Part shown: positions 1-10,426 of the stretch, piece by piece
How the letters are laid out: every line of letters begins with the position of its first letter
How positions within the stretch are numbered: the stretch's first letter is position 1
Source: Takakia lepidozioides
Taxonomy: Eukaryota > Plantae > Bryophyta
Reading direction: 5' to 3'
NCBI GenBank assembly: GCA_030704615.1
Contig: CM060734.1
Span: forward strand, 42,470,001 to 42,534,000
DNA length: 64,000 nt
Notes under the pieces: model-generated
Seen by the model: the letters and a program-made list of their open reading frames with translations, nothing else
The model's database searches: none
Told to the model about the DNA's origin: nothing
Made by a program: the position numbers and the translations under genes

Positions 1-1
1 A

Positions 2-250
2 GCCCTGGTAAAGGGCAAAGAGATCCCTGGTAACATCATCAAATCTGCAATTGTACCAGATGTCATCCTGAACATTGCTCTGGTGGCCATGTATGCTAAA
101 TGTGGGAGCGTTGAGGATGCTAAGGGAGTGTTCAACACTGGGCTGAACCAGATGTGGTGTCGTGGAATGCGATGCTTGCAGGGTGTACAGAGCAAGCGCG
201 AGATGGGGCTTTGGACACCTGAAAGCAAATGATGGGGGGGAAAGGGTGAA
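2..250 (+). pseudogene. PLS-class pentatricopeptide repeat fragment
   Basis: Frame 2 reads [46 protein letters not shown], then after a frameshift DVVSWNAMLAG: typical PLS-PPR motifs. Confidence 0.85.
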
Positions 251-960
251 GGTACCTTCTTCAACATATTTCACCTTGTTTTCCCTGCTAGTGTTTGCTT
301 TGACAATTCTAGGCTGTCATTGTTAGCTGCTAGCAGCAAGGTGAGGATATATGCATGATTTGTGCAGAGGCATGGATAGCTGAAGGAGTAGGGATTTTGT
401 GTGGGTCCAAGAGGGTCAGATTTCAAGCACAAGATTACTTGTGATTCCCTGTGGATCAATAGCTACAAGAAACCTGCATGGGTAGATGGTCAACTAGCAG
501 CAACAGCACAAGTGATAAAATCAGGCACTGCTAATGGCATCTTCTTCAACACATTTCACCCTGTTTTTCCCTCTTTATCAGAATCGGCCCTAAATTTACA
601 TGTTCAATTCTGCAAGTTAGCTGGTTGAGTGAATCTAGTTTGGAGTGACTTTGACATGATACTGCCAATGTGACAACAGGAAAGTGTCAAAAAACAGGTA
701 ACAGAGATGAGGAGAAGTTGTGGAATGAATACTTATCTGAGCCCAGTCATTGATGGGTCCACTGGGGCAGAAAGGTGAATGCCTGCTACATTTCAAAGAG
801 TAGCAGACGCGATTTAGCATAGGAACTAGTGTGTTACGCTGAGTTGGGTGTTTCCTAGAACAAATGTAGGCTGTCATTGTCAGTTGCTAGGAGCAAGGCA
901 AGGTTGAATGCTTGATTTTGTGCAGAGGCATGGATAGCTGAAGGAGTAGAGATAGAGTGT
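251..960 (+). pseudogene. OSB-type PDF-motif fragments with intron remnants
   Basis: PRGSDFKHKITCDSLWINSYKKPAWVDGQL from 404, and EKLWNEYLSEPS followed by AAG|GTGAAT at about 704-780. Matches the PDF consensus LW..FF.NP..WWDNR..K.NP..PDFKHK.T..LW...P.WV. Confidence 0.75.
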
Positions 961-2139
961 GGGTGACGCAGGGTGTTGGGCAATGGGCAAGACGTCTTTG
1001 TATAAACGTGAGTGACCTTCCTATCATCCTGGCTCTCATTTTTAGTGCATTTTCTTTGTGAAGTATCTGACGACTTCGCCAACACACACCAACCTTTTTG
1101 CTTTGGTTTGTTTACGAGTCCATGGGATAGAAGTTACCATAACAACACTGGCATTGGTTTTTCATATATGGTATTAGACAATTCTCTTAATTATTTCCGC
1201 CTTGGCAGGTTGCTCAATGACCTTCCCTGGACGCTTTGGAGTATTGCGAGTGAGTGTCTCACAATGCAATGTTGGTTGGTGCATCTTATGCAAGAACTTG
1301 GAAAACAAATAGATGTCATTGCTGTAGTAATTCTTAAAGCCATGCAAGCTTTAGTTTTTGATAGGTTGCAGATTGATGGAATAGCATGAGTAGTTAGAAG
1401 ATTGGGTGAACACTTTTCAAAGTGTTATAGTTAGACAATATAATTCACATGAGAACATGTGATTATTTTATGTATTTTTAGATCACGACAAAAATGATAA
1501 TGATAAATAGATTGGTAAATAGAGATGGTATACAATCTCTTGGTTTTGCTCAGCTTGATGCGGTTATGTCTTGCTGCCTTGTTCTCTTTGTATTATATAT
1601 TATGTTTCATTGTTGTAATAGACATGTACATGACTATTATCATAGTCATAATAATGACTACATATATTTTCACTCTCCAATAGTACCACACCATGTGGCA
1701 GAAATACAAATATGTAAAAAAAATAGCAATACACCCAAAAAATACCCATCATGACGCATGTCAATCTGCCGAGGGACCACGTGTAAAAACTACAACGTGC
1801 CACGTGTTGCAACCGGATTAGCACACCCGTAGTCATAGTTCGCAGTCATGGAGAGCGAACATTTCTGCCACGTGTCATTTCATGTATCGAGCACGTGCCA
1901 CTCTTGCACAGCCGCTGACATGGACTACACTGTCCGTTCGGTCATTCAGTAAAGCCAGCGTGTATGACTACCCCCACAGCTGCTCAGGCGCCACGTCACA
2001 GCCAGCCTGGAGAGTCATATCTGCCATGTCACAACTGACTAGGTCTTTACGTCTTCAGAGTCAGGAAGTCGTAAATGGCTTCCATGACTGCATTTGCAGT
2101 CATAACACAGAGACGTAAAAGCCACAATTTGTTGTAGTG

Positions 2140-2890
2140 TACCGGAAATGCCAGAAGGCCAACCAGTCCTTCAACTCCTTCAAATCATTTTCACTTGCAA
2201 TTTCAGAGGAGAACCACCATGCCCGGATTGCTTGGTACGTGCTATCAGCATCACCCATTGTTGTGGCATTTTTGTACATGAGGAAGAGCCTCCTATGCTT
2301 TGCTTGAAGGTCACGCGAATGCACCGCTTTGTATGTCTTTCCAGAGATTGAGTCCAATGGAACAGGCATCACATGCGCTCTCTATTTGCCATTGGAACTA
2401 AATCCTAGATCCAAACACACGACGCACTACATTGAAATTGGCCTGCGCACTATCAGCCATGAACCCTGCACAATTTGTGTTTGGAACTCTATTACGCTCC
2501 ATGACCGCTAGGAGAGAATTCCACATGAGCATTTGGGATTCTGTGTCGTCATAAAAAAAATTTCTATGGATACGCGGGCACGTTGGTATACGGGATCGTA
2601 AACATGGTCTGCCATAGTTGTCCAACCATTTACTCATTTGCAATGATCAAACATAATCCAGGACATTTCCCAATCTCTCCAGGTTGTATGCGCCGAACGA
2701 TATTGACACCACTGCCCTCGCCCATTGTTGACATCTTGAACAAGTACACCTTTGAGGAGCCTTGACCAGGGAACTTCAAGACACTCACTTGAATGAAATC
2801 ATATCGACTTCTCCGTTTCAATTCTAGAATGTTGTCCATGAATCCCCTACTGTCAGGGCCCATCCTCAGGGCATTCATCTAGTTCCGCAA
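2140..2890 (-). pseudogene. Degenerate MULE-like DDE transposase remnant
   Basis: FPGQGSSKVYLFKMST, GFMADSAQANFNVVRRVFG and WLAFWHFRY are collinear with the gene at 61364-64000. Truncated exactly at the CACTA end. Confidence 0.8.
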
Positions 2891-4480
2891 AGGTTTGAGT
2901 CAAATTTCGAAAAAAAATTATGCCACCAAAGACTACACCAATGTAATTGATAGATCCAGCTGGGCGTCGATGGCCAATGGTATGGCTCTAGGAGAATGAA
3001 ACTCACATGGGATTAACAAAAGGATGGGGTCAGAACTCTGCAGAACATACAAATTCACAGAAGGTGACATCTGTGTGTTCGAACTCATGGAAACCACAAA
3101 CCTGACACTGCTAGCCCACATTTATCACAGAGCAAATGTCAGCAAAAGCATGTCAAACGACGTGAATAGTGTGGCAGATTTGCGACATGACTTCTAGATA
3201 CGGGAATCCCCCAATTCCTTGCACTCCTGAAGGATGGTGAGCAACAAAATTCAGATGCAGCAACATGTCAAGAGTATGCAAAGTGATGAGGCCCTGCAGA
3301 AAGGGTTGATCTAGAATGTGGGGTAGCATCTGGTAGAATGACAATGGTCTGGAACAGACACCCGCATACGCGTTCCACCTTGCATCTTTTTCAGCCGGCA
3401 AGTAGTTGATAGCATTGAAGAAATCATCTGTGAAGGCGGGCACATGCTCGGCGGGCACACAATCAGCTCGATTGTCTGTTCGTCTCTTCCGCAATTTCCT
3501 CCCAGTGTGAATTTGAACTTGGTTTTACCATCAGGGCTGTCGTAGAGCCCAGTTCGTCATTCACAACGCGGCTGGCCTTTGGTGATGGACCCGTTGTTCC
3601 AGTAGAGGAACTTAATTTTGTCAGACAGACAGCGAGGACACTTCTTCTCCAATGGATGAAGCTCCAGAAAACGCTCAAGCTCGGTCATGTCTCCTGCCTC
3701 ACCTCTTTTTCTTTTCTTGGTTGTTGCTTGCTCAGAATCTGTCGGCATTCGTTCAACTTCCTGCAGAGTAGGGTCTTGTATTGCCTGAATGTCAAGGATC
3801 TCTCCACCACAGATCTTTGGTGCAAGTTCACCAGGTTGTTGTAGTAGATCAATTGGTCCAAATATCTCACCGTTAGGACCTCTGATTATATCCTCGAGTA
3901 ACTGAAACCAATCCGGCTCATTGTAACTTTCCGCAAATTCCGCCATGAACCGCACCTCTCCAAACAGAGACTTCTAGTTACCAGTAATGGTCACCTCCTT
4001 AAGAAGATCACAGCGACCGATCACAGCGGGAGAGAGACTAGCAACGACAAGCCGATGCACAGACACATGCGCCACCCCTCAGCACCAAGTCTCAAGCGTA
4101 ATGAGGATAGCACTATCGATACCTGCGCACAACGATAAGTTTGAATCCCTCAAGAGTGTTACTAAGTGCAGGCTATTGGTCAAGAGAGCGCCAAGTTGCC
4201 TGAACCCGGCAAACAGAGCAATCCCACAGCTCAACAACCACCTGAGGCAAGCAAGGAAGAATGCACCACCAATGTCCAAAAGAAGAACTCTTGGAGGAAT
4301 TAACAAAAAGATGGGGTTAGAACTCTGCAAATTCACAGAAGGTGACATCTATGTGTGATCGAACTCATGAAACCACAAACCTAACACTGCTAGCCCACAT
4401 TTTCCACCGAGCAGATGTCAACAAAAGAGTGCCGAACGACGTGAATAGTGTGGCAGATTTGCAACAAGACCTCTAGATAC
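2891..4480 (+). pseudogene. B3-domain (REM/VRN1-like) repeat units on + strand, interrupted by the Dof fragment
   Basis: LIDPAGRRWPMVWL..ENETHMGLTKGWG..KFTEGDICVFELMETTNLTLLAHI at 2920-3125. The unit breaks at about 3250 and resumes at about 4137. Same unit as 5768-8970, inverted. Confidence 0.8.
3255..3955 (-). pseudogene. Divergent Dof zinc-finger-like gene fragment
   Basis: KCPRCLSDKIKFLYWNNGSITKGQPRCE*...FTLGG then frameshift LRKRR, versus Dof consensus CPRC.S.NTKFCYYNN...QPR..C..C...WT.GG.LR. Contains a stop and a frameshift. Confidence 0.65.
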
Positions 4481-4526
4481 AACTAGAAGTAGGTAATTCT
4501 AGTTAACCATGACTAAAACCATGACA
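4481..4526 (-). repeat. 46-bp LTR 5' terminus identical to 44075-44120
   Basis: Reverse complement TGTCATGGTTTTAGTCATGGTTAACTAGAATTACCTACTTCTAGTT matches 44075-44120 at 46/46. Confidence 0.9.
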
Positions 4527-5767
4527 AGGCTCTCTCTCTCTGCCTATGGCATCCACCCACGAGCTGTGCTTTCACAAGCCCCAGGAAACATATCAAACTG
4601 ATGGCTTAACTCGGGCCTATCCAATGGTACCAACCATTCCTTATCTTTTGCTAACGCCTTCATTCCCATGCAAGAAGAACACCATGAATAGTGCACAAGA
4701 AATCAAAGGCATAGAGATAAAACCCCCCTTAAAATACCCGTACCAGGGACCCGCAGTCCCTCACAGGGTCCGTCGCGATATCCAGCGGTTAAAACCGATA
4801 CCCCGCGGCCAGCGCCACGCGGCGCGGCGTTACTAGCCCGCCGCCGGCGCAGATCCAGTGGGTAATAGCAGGCTCCCGTCATCTCTGCCGCTCGTGTCGT
4901 ACCTACGCGGGCCCAGCTATGGCGCCTGGTGCTGCCACGCAGTGTACCAGCAACCCGTACTTTGCTCAACCGCTGGGGGGGGGCTTGGGCCAAGGAACGG
5001 CCATTGGTTTTATTAGATCTCGGGAATCACCTAGAGGTTTGAATTGCTATCATTCACCCGATGGACTGACCATTGAGGTTGAAACTTTGGATTGCTCCAA
5101 GTAGGGGAGACTGACTTGGGAAAGCGGATCCGGTCCCTTCCTCGTAGGTAGGAAACTAATCCACCTCGGGATTTAGGGGGGGCATTGGGCGGGAGATAGA
5201 TGATCCCCGTTTCCCTGGGCTTGGGATTTGCTTTGTGAAGGGATTTGAAGGTTCATCCCGGCTATAAGCGTGTTGGGAGTCCGGGCACGTAGGAAGTAGT
5301 AATAAACAAAGACTTGGAATGCAATTACGATTAAAGACGTAGAAAACCCATAAACAAAACGTAGGACTAGGTAGTAGGAAACGCAAATCGCCATGTGAAG
5401 TGGAGTTGTCAAGCTTTGCTTTGCCAGTAGGAAGTTAGAATGTGTTAGATCCACCCATAGCTGCCACGGACCCCTGCACTTACCGCAGTCGGGTAGGCGG
5501 TTTGTTTATGAGCCCAACCTACACCGCAACTTACCACGACCCCCTAGGTTAGTATGTCGTCACCCTGGCTGCGCGAGACCAGGGCTCGTCACTGGGCAGC
5601 AAAGAGATTATGAATCCTCCCCCACACACCAATGATCTGTTTGTAAAATCGAGGGAGTAATGAAAATATTGCTCTGTGTGTAGATGTACCTCCCTCAACT
5701 TAGTCACCATCTCTTTGCCCTCTAAAGATCCACATACAGCAATATGCCATCAAAGAATACATCACTT

Positions 5768-8700
5768 GATCCTGACCGGACTTTTTCCTCGACAGATTGG
5801 TGGCACTATCCTCCCAAAACTGCTTTGGACATTGCTGGTGCATCCTTCCTTGCTTGCCTTAGCTGGTTGTTGAGGTGCGGGATTAGTCTATTCGCCAGGT
5901 TCGGGCAACTTGGCACTCTCTTGACCAATAACTTGCACTTCAGCAACACTCTTGAGGGATTCAGACTTAATTGTTATTCACCATCCTTCATGAATGCAAG
6001 GAATTTGGGAAGTTCCCGTATCTAGAAGTCATCTCGCAAATATGCCACACTATTCACGTCATCTGGCACTCTTTTGCTGACATGGGCTCTGCAAAATGTG
6101 GCTAGCTGTGTCGGGTTTGTGGTTTCCATGAGTTCGAATACACAGGTGTTACCTTCTGTGAATTTGTGTGTTCTGTAGAGTTCTGGTCCCCCATCCTTTT
6201 GTTAATCCCATGTGGGTCTCATTCTCTCGGAGCCATACCATTGGCCATCGACGCCTAGCTGGATCTATCAATTGCATTGGTACAGTAGTCTTTGGTGACA
6301 TAGTTTATTTCCCAAATTTGATTTTAAACCTCTGATCCATGATTGGACTTTTTCCTCGACAGATTGGTGGCAGTATCCTCCAAGAACTGCTTTTGGACAT
6401 TGCTGGTGTATGAGATGAGAGATGATTATGTTGACATGCTCACACGATTCTAGCATTTCAAAGAGAGTCATCTGAATTTAATGTTTCAAGAACATTTTTT
6501 GTGGGACTGGCCACCTGTAGATGAGTACATTGGCGTTTCAATGTTTTGATTGATGTCATCTGCTGCTCAAAATAATGTGTTATGGTTCTTCTTGTGTTTC
6601 AGTGTATTCTTGGGTTGTCTCATGACAAACACCGGAAAAATCACAGGACCCTGCCTACAAGAGACTGCATTGTGAGCATAAAGCAAAACTTGACTGAGTA
6701 ATTCGGGGACTCTGAAGCAGAAGGTGGCCAAACGTTTTTCCGAATTTGATTTTAAACCTCTGATCCATGATTGGACTTTTTCCTCGACAAATTGGTGGCA
6801 CTATCCTCCAATAACTGCTTTTGGACATTGCTGGTGCATCCTTCCTTGCTTGAATCAGGTGGTTGTTGAGCTGCGGGATTACTCTATTCGCCAAGTTCGG
6901 GCAACTTGGCGCTCTCTTAACCAATAGCCTGCACTTCAATAACACTCAAGATTGAGGGATTCAGACTTGAATTGTTGCTCAGGTCATCCTTCAGGAGTGC
7001 AAGGAATTTGGGAAGTTCCCATATCTAGAAGTCATCTCGCAAATCTGTTAAACTATTCACGTCATCTGGCACTCTTTTACTGACATCGGCTTTGTGAAAA
7101 ATGTGGGCTAGCAGTGTCAGGTTTGTGGTTTCCATGAGTTCGAACACACACAAATGTCACCTTCTGTAAATTTGTGTATTCTGGAACCATCCTTTTGTTA
7201 ATCCCATGTGGGTCTCATTCTCTCGGAGCCATACCATTGGTCATCGACGCCCAGCTGCATCTGTCAATTGCATTGGTGTGGTCTCTGGTGGCATAGTTTA
7301 TATTCCAAATTTGATTTTAAACCTCTGATCCATGATTGGACTTTTTCCTCGACAGATTGGTGGCACTGTCCTCCAAGAACTACTTTTGGACATTAATGCT
7401 GGTGCATCCTTCCTTGCTTGCCTCAAGTGGTTGTTGAGCTGCGGGATTACTCTGTTCGCCAGGTTCAGGCAACTTGGCGCCGGGATAGCTAAAGAGCGAA
7501 GTCTAAGCAAATCAGAAGAGGGGCAGTGTATGTATGTACACATTGTTCCTTGGGGGCGGGCTTGGGCTTAGGGCATTGCTGGAAAGGGCAAAGCGAGATG
7601 CACAAAGCAAGCATTGCGTGCCGCCTAGCAAACACTCGGCCATCATTCAAAAAAACTTACGGAAGGTAAAGAAGTTAAGGAAAGTTCAGGGAACATTGAA
7701 GTTGTACCCGACTACCTTCGTACAATCTGCAGTACAATCTGCAGGAACCTATGCACTTCAGCAACACTCTTGAGGGATTCAGACTTGAATTGTTGCTCAC
7801 CATCCTTCAGGAGTGCAAGGAATTTGGGAAGTTCCCGTATCTAGAAGTCCTCTCGCAAATCTACCACACCATCCACGTCGTCTAGCACTCTTTTGTTGAG
7901 ATCTCCTCTGTGAAAAATGTAGGCTAGCAGTGTCAGGTTTGTGGTTTCCATGAGTTCGAACACACACAAATATCATCTTCTGTGAATTTGTGTACGTGTT
8001 CTGCAGAGTTCTGACCCCGTCCTTTTGTTAATCCCATGTGGGTCTCATTCTCCCGGAGCCATACCATTGGCCATCGACGCCCAGCTGGATCTATCAATTG
8101 CATTGGTGTAGTCTCTGGTGGCATAGTTTATTTTTCAAATTTGATTTTAAACCTCTGATCCATGATTGGACTTTTTCCTCGACAGATTGGTGGCACTATC
8201 CTCCAGAACTGCTTTTGGGCATTGCTGGTGCATCCTCCTTGCTTGCCTCAGCTGGTTGTTGAACTGCGGGATTACTCTGTTCACCAGGTTCGGGCAACTT
8301 GGCGCTCTCTTAACCAATAGCCTGCACTTCAGTAACACTCTTGAGGGATTCAGTCTTGAATTGTTGTTCACCATCCTTCACGAAAGCAAGGAATTTCGGA
8401 AGTTCTCGTATCTAGAAGTCCTCTCGCAAATATGCCACACTATTCACGTCATCTGGCACTCTTTTGCTGACATGGGCTCTGGAAAATGTGGCTAGCAGTG
8501 TTGGGTTTGTGGTTTCCATGAGTTCGAATACACAGATGTTACCTTCCGTGAATTTGTGTGTTCTGCAGAGTTCTGGTCCCCCATCCTTTTGTTAATCCCA
8601 TGTGGGTCTCATTCTCTCGGAGCCATACCATTGGCCATCAATGCCCAGCTGGATCTATCAATTACATTGGTACAGTAGTCTTTGGTGACATAGTTTATTT

Positions 8701-8970
8701 CCCAAATTTGATTTTAAACCTTTGATCCATGATTGGACTTTTTCCTCGACAGATTGGTGGTAGTATCCTCCAAGAACTGCTTTTGGACATTGCTGGTGTA
8801 TCCTCTTTGCTTGCCTCAGGTGCTTGTTGAGCTGCGGGATTACTCTGTTCGCCAGGTTCAGGCAACTTGGCGCTCTCTTGACCGATAGCCTGCCCTTCAG
8901 TAACAGTCTTGAGGGATTCAAACTTGAATTGTTGCTCACCATCCTTCAGGAATGCAAGGAATTTGGGAAG
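5768..8970 (-). repeat. Tandem array of ~565-bp B3-domain pseudogene units
   Basis: Marker TTTTAAACCTCTGATCCATGATTGGACTTTTTCCTCGAC recurs at about 6322, 6750, 7315, 8145 and 8712. Units encode MPPETTPMQLIDPAGRRWPMVWLRENETHMGLTKG..FTEGDICVFEL with stops and frameshifts. Unrelated inserts at about 6410-6735 and 7481-7750. Confidence 0.85.
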
Positions 8971-9215
8971 GTGTTAGGGCTTTGAGAGATATTGCTTTGC
9001 CCTAAGGAGGTAGAGAGCTCAAAGATGGAGCTCTTGTAGATCACAAGGCTTGCAAGGAAAGGTATTTGTGGTGTTACACCAAGGTGTTGGAGAGCTCAAG
9101 AAGGAGTTTGTTTGCCACAAGATTTGCAAGGATTGCAAGAGGAAGTCTTGTGTGTGTGGAAGCATGAATTCTAGGGTTTGAGAATCATTTCTATGCATTA
9201 TGGAGTCAATGGTAT

Positions 9216-10355
9216 TGTCTAAGTCCGGCTTTTACTCACCCATCCCTTCGCTATCCGAGGCGGAAACTCCAAGATAGAAGAGTTGGAAATCTCTAAGTAC
9301 TCAGCCCGCGCAGAACAATCAGTCATGACCTACAGCTAGTGTATCATGGGGGTGTTTCCTATTTGTTTCCCTTTTCGCATTCATCTTTGGCTACCTTACC
9401 ATTGATAATTACGTATTAGTTTCCTTCACTCCTCCATTCAATCCACAGCTTCACTCAGATCTCTCTACACAGTGTGATTGTATCGTATAAATATCAGATT
9501 ATGATTTATCAGGTATCAGGCCGAAGCCATTGTATCTCTATTCTCCTCTACAATATCCCTACGGCTTTGCATCTAACAAGCATCTACTAATCCTCCTTCA
9601 TCGTGCTCTCCGATCTCCGCTTCCGCCTGACTCCCAAGTCCTCCCCGAATAATCCTCTCATCATAATCCGTTCTTCCCTTTATCCTCCTATCCGCGGTTC
9701 TAAACCGTTTCCCTCTCTAACCGTCGTATGTGAACTAACATGTTCCCTTCTCTGGTGTTGTTCCCCACAGTCGTTCCCTGTCCACTCTTCGTTCCCTAAT
9801 CGTGACAGCTGTGTCAAGCGGTGACTGGCTGTGTTTGGCGGTGTCGGGCTGTGACTGGCTGGTGTGGCTCGGGCTGTGACTGGCTGTGTGGGGTGTGGGC
9901 TGTGACGACTGTGACGGCTGTGTGGGCTGTGTGGGCTGTGACGACTATGACGGGCTGTGTGGGCTGTGACGGCTGTGTGTCTGGCTGTGACGGCTGTGGG
10001 GCTGTGTGGGCTGTCTGGCTGTGTGGGAGTGTGGGTGTGGGGCTGTGGGCTGTGACGGGCTGTGACGGTGTGTGGGCTGTGTGGGCTGTGGGGCTGTGAC
10101 GGCTGTGTGGGCTGTGTGGGATTGTGTGTGGGCTGTGCGGCTGTGTGGGCTGTGGGGCTGTGTGGGGCTTGTCGGCTGTGTCGGCTGTGTGGCTGTGACG
10201 GTATGACGGGCTGTGTGGGCTGTGTGGGTTGTGTAAAACCCCTTCTACAGTGCTCTGCTGTCACCCCTAAGGTTCCTGTTTGTCTCAGTCTGTGCAAAAA
10301 TTAAGGGTACCTACAGATCCGTATAAGTGTCTAAGTCCCCTACAGTCCTCTAACA
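9216..10355 (-). repeat. 3' LTR (1140 bp, expanded GGCTGT repeat)
   Basis: TGTC...CTAACA, homologous to 21741-22630; adjacent PPT; GGCTGT(G)-type repeats at about 9806-10232. Confidence 0.93.
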
Positions 10356-10372
10356 TTACCCCTTCCCCCCTC
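10356..10372 (-). promoter_or_regulatory. Polypurine tract (copy 1)
   Basis: Minus strand GAGGGGGGAAGGGGTAA directly before the LTR start TGTTAG. Confidence 0.9.
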
Positions 10373-10426
10373 AAAAAGCCGTGTCCTCACGGTTTACTGT
10401 TTCGAGTAGCAAACCTTTGTGAGTGA

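Larger units (their letters stand above)
1..2139. mobile_element. Right part of a CACTA-ended element carrying PPR/OSB-PDF fragments (left end outside window)
   Basis: Ends ATTTGTTGTAGTG at 2139 (reverse complement CACTACAACAAAT). ATGAC/GTCAT and CACGTG-rich subterminal motifs at about 1750-2110. Interior is homologous to the cargo of the 30452-35121 element. Confidence 0.7.

Noticed and set aside
9680-10304. ORFs of 80-205 aa within the LTR
   Set aside because: Products of a stop-free GGCTGT repeat whose length differs between LTRs.
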